From NCBI GenBank assembly GCA_030390025.1, contig JASTWF010000329.1:186001-250000 (forward strand): DNA of 64,000 bases. The letters run 5' to 3'. The notes beneath the pieces are model-generated. The model worked only from the letters and a program-made list of their open reading frames with translations, ran no database searches and was not told the origin of the DNA. Source of the DNA: Squalus acanthias. Lineage: Eukaryota. The number at the start of each line of letters is the position of its first letter. Positions within the stretch are counted from its first letter, which is position 1. This document shows, piece by piece, positions 12,735 to 23,303 of the stretch. The translations under genes were made by a program, and so were the position numbers.

Positions 12735-13996
12735 CTCTGGCTGAATTCAGTTCCACACTCACTGGTTTCCCCTCCCTCTCCTCCTCTGAAGGTGCTGACT
12801 CTGGCTGGGTTCAGTTCACTCACTGGTTCCCCTCCCCCTCCTCCCCTGAAGGTGCTGACTCTGGCTGGGTTCAGTTCTACACTCACTGGTTCCCCTCCCT
12901 CTCCTCCCCTGAAGGTGCTGACTCTGGCTGGGTTCAGTTCTACAGTCACCAGTTCCCCTCCCTCTCCTCCCCTGAAGATGCTGACTCTGGCTGGGTTCAG
13001 TTCTACACTCACTGGTTCCCCTCCCTCTCTTCCCCTGAAGGTGCTGACTCTGGCTGGGTTCAGTTCACTCACTGGTTCCCCTCCCTCTCCTCCCCTGAAG
13101 GTGCTGCCTCTGGCTGGGTTCAGTTCTGCACTCACTGGTTCCCCTCCCTCTCCTCCCCTGATGGTGCTGCTTCTGGCTGAATTCAGTTCCACACTCACTG
13201 GTTCCCCTCCCTCTCCTCCCCTGAAGGTGCTGACTCTGGCTGGGTTCAGTTCTACAGTCACCAGTTCCCCTCCCTCTCCTCCCCTGAAGATGCTGACTCT
13301 GGCTGGGTTCAGTTCTACACTCACTGGTTCCCCTCCCTCTCTTCCCCTGAAGGTGCTGACTCTGGCTGGGTTCAGTTCACTCACTGGTTCCCCTCCCTCT
13401 CCTCCCCTGAAGGTGCTGCCTCTGGCTGGGTTCAGTTCTACACTCACTGGTTCCCCTCCCTCTCCTCCCCTGATGGTGCTGATTCTGGCTGAATTCAGTT
13501 CCACACTCACTGGTTCCCCTCCCTCTCCTCCCCTGAAGGTGCTGACTCTGGCTGGGTTCAGTTCCACACTCACTGGTTCCCCTCCCTCTCCTCCCCTGAA
13601 GGTGCTGACTCTGGCTGGGTTCAGTTCTATACTCACTGGTTCCCCTCCCTCTCCTCCCCTGAAGGTGCTGACTCTGGCTGGGTACAGTTCTACACTCACT
13701 GGTTCCCCTCCCTCTCCTCCCCTGAAGGTGCTGACTCTGGCTGGGTTCAGTTCTGCACTCACTGGTTCCCCTCCCTCTCCTCCCCTGAAGGTGCTGCCTC
13801 TGGCTGGGTTCAGTTCTACACTCACTGGTTCCCCTCCCCTGATGGTGCTGATTCTGGCTGAATTCAGTTCCACACTCACTGGTTCCCCTCCCTCTCCTCC
13901 CCTGAAGGTGCTGACTCTGGCTGGGTTCAGTTCCACACTCACTGGTTCCCCTCCCTCTCCTCCCCTGAAGGTGCTGACTCTGGCTGGGTTCAGTTC
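12735..13996. repeat. 63-bp minisatellite, about 20 units, in the presumed ZNF-B intron
   Basis: Unit (minus strand) gaactgaacccagccagagtcagcaccttcaggggaggagagggaggggaaccagtgagtgta. Confidence 0.97.
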
Positions 13997-14040
13997 TCCT
14001 GTGACCCTGTAGCCCCGCCCACTTTTGATTCCTTTACAAA

Positions 14041-15284
14041 CATAGATACATAGATACATAGAAGATAGGAGCAGGAGTAGGCCATCCGGCCCTTCGAGCC
14101 TGCTCCGCCATTTAATGAGATCATGGCTGATCCTCCAATTCAGTATCCCGTCCCCGCCTTCTCTCCGTAACCCTTAACCCCTTTTGCCTGTAGAAATATA
14201 TCTAATTCCCTCTTAAATATATTTAATGAGCTGGCGTACACTGCCCTCTGTGGCAATGAGTTCCACAGGTTCACCACCCTCTGAGTGAAGAAATTCCCCC
14301 TCATTTCTGTCCTAAATGGTTTAGCCCTTATCCTTAAATTATGTCCTCTAGTTCTGTTCTCACCCGCCAAGGGAAACATTCCTTCTGCATCTAGTCTGTC
14401 TAGACCTGTCAGAATTTTATACACTTCTATGAGGTCCCCTCTCAATCTTCTAAACTCCAGTGTGTACATCCCTAAACTACATAGTCTCTCCTCATAGGTC
14501 AATCCCGCCATTCCTGGTATCAGCCTGGTGAATCGCCGCTGCACCCCCTCCATGGCAAGAACATCTTTCCTCAGATGAGGCGACCAAAACTGTACACAGT
14601 ACTCGAGGTGTGGTCTCACCAGTGCCCTGTACAGCTGCAGCAAGGTATCCCTGTTCCTGTATTCCAACCCTTTTGCTATGAAGGCCAGCATACCGTTTGC
14701 CTTCTTGATCGCCTGTTGCACCTGCATGCTCGCCTTCAGTGACTGGTGTACAAGAACACCCAGGTCTCTCTGTACTTCCCCCTCTCCCAATTTATTGCCA
14801 TTTAAATAATAATTTGCCCTCCCGTTCCTGCACCCAAGGTGGATAACTTCGCACTTGTCCACATTATAGTGCATCTGCCATTTATCCGCCCAATCACCCA
14901 GTCTGTCCAAATCGCTCTGGAGCTTCCTGGTCTCCTCCTCTGAGCCCACCCCCCCTCCTAGTTTAGTGTCGTCTGCAAATTTGGAAATGCTGCATCCGAC
15001 TCCCTGATCCAGGTCATTAATGTAAATTGTGAACAGCTGGGGACCCAGGACAGATCCCTGTGGTACCCCACTTGTTACTGCCTGCCATTCAGAAAATGAG
15101 CCGTTTATTCCAACTCTCTGTTTTCTATCTGACAGCCAGTTCTCTATCCACGTCAATACTTTCCCCTTTATCCCATGAGCTTCAATTTTCCCTGCTAATC
15201 TTTTATGTGGGACCTTATCGAAGGCCTTTTGGAAGTCCAGGTACACCACATCTACTGGCTCTCCCCCATCTATTTTACCAGTTA
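14041..15284 (-). mobile_element. Young 5'-truncated CR1 LINE, left arm only
   Basis: Uninterrupted RT frame (GVPQGSVLGP, YINDL, FADDTK) to the stop; tail (catagata)n at 14041; absent from the mirror arm. Confidence 0.93.
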
Positions 15285-15582
15285 TGGGCCTATTGCCGGG
15301 GAAAAAGCCTCGGAGCTGCAAACGCGGAACCCGTAGGTTCTAATTCGGGGCTTGCGGCCTACACCAGGTGTTTATGAAGCTCACCCGCCGGATGCGTTAC
15401 CTCCCTGCGCCCCCTGATTCGTAATCGGCGCAAAAACGGCTTCTCCCGCCGAATTCCGCTGGTCGCACTCGGAGGGCCCGGATCACAGTGACACTGCGCA
15501 TCCTCCAGATACGGGCGGGCACTGCACCTGCGCGCTGGGCTCCTCCAGTGTGAACAGGTCACATTGTCCCCGCGGGACACGT
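15285..15582 (-). promoter_or_regulatory. CpG-island promoter / first exon candidate of ZNF-B
   Basis: CpG-dense; NRF1-like motifs; donor-like CGG|GTGAGC on the minus strand at about 15384; mirrored at 61944-62241. Confidence 0.5.
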
Positions 15583-18135
15583 CATAGAGTCACAGAGTTA
15601 GACAGCACAGAAAGAGGCCCTTCGGCCCATCGTGTCCGCGCCGCCCATCAAGCCCTGTCTATTCTAATCCCACTTTCCAGCACTTGGTCCGTAGCCTTGT
15701 ATGCTATGGCGTTTCAAGTGTTCATCTAAATGCTTCTTGAATGTTGTGAGGGTTCCTGCCTCTACCACCCTTTCAGGCAGTGAGTTCCAGATTCCAACCA
15801 CCCTCTGGGTGAAAAAGTTTTTCCTCAAATCCCCTCTAAACCTCCTGCCCCTTACCTTAAAACTATGCCCCCTGGTTATTGACCCCTCTACTAAGGGGGA
15901 AAGTTCCTTTCTATCTATCCTATCCTTGCCCCTCATAATTTTGTACACCTCAATCAGGTCCCCCCTCAGCCTTCTCTGCTCTAAGGAAAACAATCCCAGC
16001 CTGTCCAGTCTCCCTTCATAGCTGAAGCGCTCCAGCCCAGATAACATCCTGGTGAATCTCCTCTGCACCCTCTCCAATACAATCACATCACTCCTATAGT
16101 TTGGCGACCAGAACTGCACACAGTATTCCGGCTGTGGCCTAACTAGTGTTTTGTACAGCTCCAGCATAACCTCCCTGCTCTTATATTCTATGCCTCGGCT
16201 AATGAAGGCAAGTATCCCATATGCCTTCTTAACCACCTTATCTACCTGTCCTGCTGCCTTCAGGGATCTATGTACATGCACACCAAGGTCCCTCTGATCC
16301 TCTGTCCTTCCTAGGGTCCTACCATTCATTGTGTATTCCCTTGTCTTATTAGTCCTCCCAAAATGCATCACCTCACAGTTTTCAGAGTTAAATTCCATTT
16401 GCCACTGTTCTGCCCATCTGACCAACCCGTACATATTGTCCTGTAGCCTGAGGCTTCCCTCCTCGCTATTTACCACTCCACCAATTTTTGTGTCATCTGC
16501 GAACTGACTGATCATAGCTCCTACATTCATATCTAAATCATTAATGTACACTACAAACAGCAAGGGACCCAGCATCGATCTCTGCGGTACACCACTGCTC
16601 ACAGGCTTCCAGTCACAAAAACAACCTTTGACCATCACCCTCTGCCTCCTGCCACGAAGCCAATTTTGGATCCAATGTGCCAAATTGCCCTGGATCCCAT
16701 GGGCTCTTACCTTCTTGATCAGTCTCCCATGCGGGACTTTGTCAAAAGCCTTACTGAAGTCCATGTAGACTACATCAACTGCACAACCCTCATCCACACA
16801 TCTAGTCACCCCCTCAAAAAAATCAATCAAATTGGTTAGACATGATCTCCCCCTGACAAAGCCATGCTGACTATCCTTGATTAATCCTTGCCTCTCCAAG
16901 TGGAGACTAATTCTGTCCCTCAGAATTTTTTCCAATAATTTCCCTACCACTGATGTTAGGCTCACTGGCCTGTAATTCCCTGGTTTATCCCTACTACCCT
17001 TCTTGAATAATGGTACTATGTTATCTGTCCTCCAGTTCTCTGGCACCTCCCCTGTGGCCAGAGAGGTTCTGAAAATTTGTGTCAGAGCCCCTGCAATCTC
17101 CTCCCTTGCCTCACACAGCAGCCTGGGATACATCTCCTCTGGGCCTGGGGATTTATCCACTTTTAAGCCCGCTAAAACCGCTAGTACCTCCTCCCTCGCA
17201 ATGCTAATTTGTTCTAATATATCACAATCCCCCTGCCTGATTTCTATGCCTACATCATCCTTCTCCATAGTGAACACAGATGCAAAATATTCATTTAACA
17301 CCTCGCCCACATCTTCCGGCTCTACACACAGATTGCCACTTTGGTCCCTAATGGGCCCTACTCTTTCCCTGGTTATCCTCTTGCCCTTAATATACTTATA
17401 AAACACCTTGGGATTTTCCTTTATTTTGCCCGCCAGTGTTTTTTCATGCCCCCTCTTCGCTCTCCTAATTTCTTTTTTAAGTACACCCCTGCACTTTTTA
17501 TACTCCTCTAGGGCTTCCACTGTTTTTAGTCCTTTGTATCTGCCAAAAGCCTCCCTTTTTTTCCTAATCCACTCTTGTATATCCCTTGACATCCAATATT
17601 CCCTGGACTTGTTGGTCCCACCCTTGACCTTTATGGGAACATGTTGGTGCTGTACTCTTTCTATTTCCTTTCTGAATGATTCCCAGTGCTCTGATGTGGA
17701 TTTTCCTACAAGTAGCTGATCCCAGTCCACTTTGGCCAGATCCTGCCTTATCATGTTAAAATCCGCCTTCCCCCAATTTAGAACCTTTATTTCCGGTCCA
17801 TCTTTGTCCTTTTCCATGACTACCTTAAATCTCAACGAATTATGGTCACTGTCACCAAAATGCTCTCCTACTGACACTTTTACCACTTGCCTGGCTACAT
17901 TCCCTAGAATTAGGTCCAGTACCGCCCCCTCACTTGTAGGACTTTCTACATGCTGGCTCAAAAAGCTCTCCTGGATGCACTTTAAGAATTCCGCACCCTC
18001 TAAGCCTTTCACACTCTGACTATCCCAGTTAATATTGGGGAAGTTGAAATCCCCTACTATTATTACCCTATTATTTCTACACTTCTCTGAGATTTGCCTA
18101 CATATCTTTTCCTCTATCTCCCCCTGACTGTTTGT
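15583..18135 (-). mobile_element. 5'-truncated CR1 LINE with 782-aa open ORF2 (partial APE plus RT)
   Basis: GDFN, SDH, KSPGP, NYRPVSLTS, DFSKAFDKVPH, YINDL, FADDTK; 3' tail at 15583. Confidence 0.95.
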
Positions 18136-18139
18136 TACG

Positions 18140-18270
18140 AGCAGGATAGTAAAGGGGGAACCAGTGGATGTGGTGTATTTGGATTTTCAGAAACAATCGA
18201 TAAGATGCCACACAAGAGGTTATTAAACAAAATTAGGGCTCATGGGATTGGGGGTAATATACTAGCATGG
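18140..18270 (+). mobile_element. Short CR1 RT fragment
   Basis: gggaaccagtggatgtggtgtatttggattttcagaa...DKMPHKRLLNKIRAHGIGGNILAW. Confidence 0.8.
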
Positions 18271-18314
18271 TCCCTGGAGTTTGAGAGAAATCATGTTTGA
18301 AAATGATGCAGAGT

Positions 18315-18530
18315 TTCAGCCAATGAGGGAGCTCCGGGCTCAACCCCGCCCACTGGGTGCCGTAAGCCCGCCCCTCATACACTCCGATTGGTTGGAAAAC
18401 CAACCGTCCGCTCGGTCCTCCAACCCCGCCCCACTCTTCCTATTGGCCCGGAGCTCCCGTCAATCACCTGGGCAGTGAGAGCTGAGCATGCGCAAACCTT
18501 GGCAGCAGCCGCTGACACATCAGGTGAGAG
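18315..18530 (+). promoter_or_regulatory. CpG promoter / first exon candidate of ZNF-C
   Basis: CCAAT/ATTGG boxes, several CCGCCC GC boxes, NRF1-like GCATGCGCA, donor CAG|GTGAGA at 18523/18524. Confidence 0.55.
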
Positions 18531-18702
18531 AGCTCAGGGAGCGGGTTAATAAACCCCGGGGGGACGCGGGCTGCTCACACCCCGAGTGCGGCCCCAGGCC
18601 CGGCCCGGAGAAAACACTCAACATTATCCGCCTCCCCACAACTACCCGCCAGTTTAAGATACAAACTCCGGGACAACCAGGAAGTGCTGGGAAATCCCCA
18701 GC

Positions 18703-19910
18703 GAGTCAGGGAGCGTCTGTAAATGCAGGACAAATGGAGATTGGTCAGGGAGCGTCTGTAAATGGAGGAAAAATAGAGACTATTCAGGGAGCGTCTGTAA
18801 ATGGAGGAGATATGGGGACTGGTCAGGGTGCGTCTCTGAATGGAGCAGGAATGGTGACTGGTCAGGGAGCGTCTGTAAATGGCAGAGAAGTGGTGACTCG
18901 TCAGGGAGCGTCTGCAAATGGAGGAGAAATGCAGGCTGGTCAGGGAGCGTCTGTAAATAGAGGAGAAATGGGAACTGGTCATGGAGCGTCTGTAAATGGA
19001 GGAGAAATGGAGAGTGGTCAGGGAGCATCTGTAAATGGAGGAGAACTGGAGACTGTTCAGGGAGCGTCTGTAAATGAAGGAGAAATGGTGAGTGGTCAGA
19101 TCAAGGATTGAACATGGGACCATCCTAGTCAGTAGTGTTTTTTCCTGAAATAATCCCTGCTGTCTGTCCTGAGTGAATCCATTTCTTTGCCAAATGTTGC
19201 AATGTTTGCTCCACCCCACAGGGTTCCATCTGTGGTGTGGAGCAAACAACAGAAAGTCCACAAAGCGGCCCCGCGGCAAACTCCGGGACAGGGAGGAAGT
19301 GAGTCAGGGAGCGTCTGGAAATGGAGACTGGTCAGGGAGCGTCTGGAAATGGAGGAGAAATGGAGACTGGTCAGGGAGCGTCTGTAAATGGAGAAGAACT
19401 GGAGACTGGTCAGGGAGCGTCTGTAAATGAAGGAGAAATGGAGATTGGTCAGGGAGCATCTGTAAATGAGGAGAAATGGAGACTGGTCAGGGAAAGTCTG
19501 GAAATGGAGAAGAACTGGAGACTGGTCAGGGAGCGTCTGTAAATGGAGAAGAACTGGAGACTGGTCAGGGAGCGTGTGTAAATGAGGAGAAATGGAGACT
19601 GGTCAGGGAGCGTCTGTAAATGAGGAGAAATGGAGACTGGTCAGGGAGCGTCTGTAAATGGAGGAGTAAAGGAGACTGGTCAGGGAGCGTTTGTAAATGA
19701 GGAGGAATGGAGACTGGTCAGGGAGCGACTGCAGATGGAGGAGAAATGGAGACTGATCAGGGAGCGTCTGTAAATGAGGAGAAATGGAGACTGGTCAGGG
19801 AGCGTCTGCAAATGAGGAGAAATGGAGACTGGTCAGGGAGCGTCTGTAAATGAGGAGAAATGGAGACTGGTCAGGGAGCGTCTGTAAATGAGGAGAAATG
19901 GAGATGGGTT
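18703..19910. repeat. 38/39-bp minisatellite in two blocks (about 18703-19100 and 19300-19910)
   Basis: Unit ggtcagggagcgtctgtaaatggaggagaaatggagact. Confidence 0.95.
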
Positions 19911-20014
19911 TGGGAGGGTCTGTAAAGAATCATACTTACCTATTTAACACACAGGCTAAAAGTCGGTTTGGCAAAACACGGTTGCTACAAGATTAACCTT
20001 TTCTTTGAAGAGAC

Positions 20015-20110
20015 ACAACTCCTCCTGCCTCCCCTGGACCATGACCCCACGACTGAACACCACACCATCAATTCTCAGACCGTCACTGACCTTACCTCTT
20101 CTACAGGAGA
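20015..20110 (+). mobile_element. Probable Penelope-like retroelement fragment
   Basis: Translates PLDHDPTTEHHTINSQTVTDLTSS, resembling the pre-RT 'LDHDPT' segment of Penelope-like elements (recollection). Confidence 0.45.
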
Positions 20111-20123
20111 ACCCAACGATTGT

Positions 20124-20385
20124 AGAACTGAACCAAGCCAGAGTCAGCACCTTCAAAGGAGGGAGAGGAAGCAGTTCATGCAGAAATAAACCCAGCCAAG
20201 TGTCAACACCTTCAGGGCAGGAGAGGGAGAGAAGGAACCAGTTATTGCAAAACTGAACCCAGCCAGAGTCAGCACCTTCAGCGGAGACACAGAACAAGTT
20301 AGTGCAGGAATGAAACCAGTCAGAGGAATGACCTTCAGGGCAGGAGAGGGAGAGAGTGGAACCAGTTAGTGTCGAACTGAACGCA
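20124..20385. repeat. Degenerate copies of the 63-bp repeat
   Basis: gaactgaacc.agccagagtcagcaccttca cores. Confidence 0.8.
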
Positions 20386-20967
20386 GAGTTGTGGCACTCA
20401 GAAAACTGGGAATAGAGGAAAAAAGTTTGAAGTAAGTGCGATTGGTTTGGATTTCAGCACAGGGAGGAGGGAGAGTGTGTGGGACGGGGATTTACAGCTT
20501 TGGGGAACAAGAGAGGAAAGAATGTTCCACAGTAACTAGAATTGTCTGTTCTGAATTTCTATCCTGTATTTACAGTGATGAGTTTTGTAAACTCCTTTTA
20601 CAGGGTATTGGAAGGGGAGGATTTGCAGACGGGAAACTTAAACCAAACATCACGTCAAGATCTGACAGAGTCACTCCATTCCTCAGGACCTGAATATCAT
20701 CGGCCTTTGAATGTGGAAGGAGAAATGTTTGTCTGTTCTGTCTGTGGGAAAAGATTTCAAACATCAGTGTGACTGGAAAAGCACCGAGACACACACACCC
20801 GAGTGAGAGAGTTCCAGTGCACTGACAGTGGAAAGAGCTTTAACCAGTTACACAGCCTGAAAAAACATCGCACCGTTCACAGTGGGGAGAAACCGTACAC
20901 ATGTTCTGTGTGTGGACAAGGCTTCAACTGATCGGCCAACCTGGAGAGACACAAGGACACCCGCACC

Positions 20968-21810
20968 ACGGAAAAACCGTGGAAATGTGGGGACTGTGGG
21001 AAGGGATTCATTTCCCCGTCTAAGCTGGAAATTCATCATCGCAGTCACACCGGGCAGAGACCGTTCACCTGCTCTGAGTGTGGGAAGGGATTCACTCAGT
21101 CATCCGACCTGACGGCACACCAGCGAGTTCACACTGGGGAGAGGCCGTTCAGCTGCTCTCACTGCGGGATGAGGTTCAAGTGTTCATCCCACCTGCTGAC
21201 ACACCAGCGAGTTCACACCGGGGAGAGGCCGTTCAACTGCCCCGTGTGTGGGAAGGGATTCACTTGTTCATCCAATCTTCTAACTCACCAGCGAGTTCAC
21301 ACTGGGGAGAGGCCGTTCACCTGCTCTGAATGTGGACAGGGATTCGCTCAGTCATCCGGCCTCACAGCACACCAACGTACTCACACCGGGGAGAGGCCGT
21401 TCACCTGCTCCGAGTGTGGGAAAAGATTCACTGAAGCATCCAGCCTGCTGAAACACCAGCGAGTTCACACTGGGGAGAGGCCGTTCACCTGCTCTGAGTG
21501 TGGGAAGGGATTCATTCAGTCATCCCACCTGCTGACACACCAAAGTACTCACACCAAGGAGAGGCCGTTCACCTGCTCCGAGTGTGGGAAAAGATTCACT
21601 GAAGCATTCAGCCTGCTGACACACCAGCGAGTTCACACCGGGGAGAGGCCGTTCATTTGCTCCGTGTGTGGGAAACGATTCACTGAAGTATCCAGCCTGC
21701 TGACACACCAGCGAGTTCACACTGGGGAGAGGCCGTTCACCTGCTCTGAGTGTGGGAAGGGATTCACTCGGTCATCCAGCCTGCTGAGACACCAGCGAGT
21801 TCACAAGTGA
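20968..21810 (+). CDS. ZNF-C: tandem C2H2 protein, 10 fingers; putative ACG start
   Basis: 280 codons (10x28) open from ACG at 20968 ([14 protein letters not shown]...) to TGA; first ATG at 21169 lies inside finger 3; acceptor ttttacag ends at 20603; in-frame TGAs upstream at 20770 and 20929. Confidence 0.72.
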   Translation, partial: TEKPWKCGDCGKGFISPSKLEIHHRSHTGQRPFTCSECGKGFTQSSDLTAHQRVHTGERPFSCSHCGMRFKCSSHLLTHQRVHTGERPFNCPVCGKGFTCSSNLLTHQRVHTGERPFTCSECGQGFAQSSGLTAHQRTHTGERPFTCSECGKRFTEASSLLKHQRVHTGERPFTCSECGKGFIQSSHLLTHQSTHTKERPFTCSECGKRFTEAFSLLTHQRVHTGERPFICSVCGKRFTEVSSLLTHQRVHTGERPFTCSECGKGFTRSSSLLRHQRVHK

Positions 21811-21988
21811 CTGCAGGGGTTGGATTCTGCTGTTATTGCTGCTGTTAATCACATCCCGGACTGAACCATGTACATTGTGACAGTTGGGGGTTGTTTCTGG
21901 TGATGTTAATAACCCCTATAACTGGGCTGGAGTTTAATATTTTGATATTTATAATAACACAGTGTGTCGATATTTGATGTCTCTGAGA

Positions 21989-22397
21989 TTAGAGTTTAGA
22001 AGAATAAGAGGTGATCTCATTGAAACTTACAAAATTCTTACAGGGCTTGACAGGGTCGATGCAGGGAGGATGTTTCCCCTGGCTGGGGAATCTAGAACCA
22101 GGGGTCACAGTCTCAGAATAAGGGATCACCCATTTCGGACTGAGATGAGGAGAAATTTCTTCACTCGGAGCGTGGTGAATCTTTGGAATTCTCTACCCCA
22201 GAGGGCTGTGGAGGCTCGGTCTTTGAGTATATTCAAGATAGAGATCGATAGATTTTTGAATATTAAGGGAATCAAAGGATATGGGGTTGGTGCAGGAAAG
22301 TGGAGATGAGGTAGAAGATCAGCCATGATCTTACTGATTGGCGGGCCAGGCTCTAAGGGTCATATGACCTACTCCTGCTCCTATTTCTTATGTTCTT
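21989..22397 (+). mobile_element. CR1 3' fragment inserted downstream of ZNF-C
   Basis: LEFRRIRGDLIETYKIL...WNSLP; tail tttcttatgttctt. Confidence 0.9.
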
Positions 22398-23303
22398 TGA
22401 TAAGAGGAGACTAATTGATGTCCTGTTGCCGACTGCTCCATTTTTGGGCCTTTTCTCCTCTCTACCTCGAGATTGTTTCAGTTCTCGTACCGTCGGTTAC
22501 TCTGATGGACAAGTCCCAGCTCCCCATACCTTCCAGAGTGCCTCTCCCAGCCTTGGTATCCAGGGAAGGTCTCGGTAACACCGGATGGGCTGCCGCAGGG
22601 TCCTAAAGTCCACACAGCATTATGACATCGGGTTAAGCAGAACAACTGAAAAGGGCTCACACAATCTGTTTGTTATATGTGTGAGTGTGTAAACAAAACA
22701 CATCTTTCTTAATGTGCACAAGCACATTCCACAGAGAGAAATCATTATCTTCAGCCATTATTGATCAGCATTTTATTTCCTTTATTCACAGTGTAACTTC
22801 AGAGCATTGAATCCCTTTAACATTTATTGAGAACCCATTGTCTTGTGGGCTCTTGTTTAGAAAGTGATGTCACACTGACCATTCGTTCCCAAGGTGAGCC
22901 TGTCTGTCCGCAGTATTCAGTGGGAAAGGGGATTAAATCACACCGAGGATAATGAGCAGCCACCCACCAGTCTCTGCACTTTATTGTCCAGTGATCACCT
23001 CACCATCACACAGAAGCTCCTGATATAAACCTCCTGTGGGTGATGATTGGTGCAAGTGATGGTAAAAATGAAACTGTACCTGTTCCTGACGTGAGGTTAA
23101 TAAACCTATATTTCTCTGACTTATTATGTCCTTCGTTTGGTAAGGGATTAAACACTGGTTACTCTCCAGTGAAATTTGCACTATTCCTGTTTCCACAATC
23201 TTTTTTTCTGACTGTTACTTTCACTGTTTCCTCCCCAACCACTTCCAATATTTGTGGGCATCGTCTAGTGCAGTAATAACTAAGGCAGGGCCGAGTGGAT
23301 TAG

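Noticed and set aside
18488..19111. GQGASVNGGEMET repeat ORF as a protein gene
   Set aside because: Derived from the 39-bp minisatellite, lies past a splice donor, and the frame breaks in the second block and in the mirror arm
20770..20931. Conserved in-frame TGAs as selenocysteine or readthrough codons
   Set aside because: ZNF-B and ZNF-E have frameshifts (and ZNF-E a TAA) in this stretch, the fingers have lost Cys/His ligands, and the TGAs are not at Cys positions; decay from CGA is a simpler explanation
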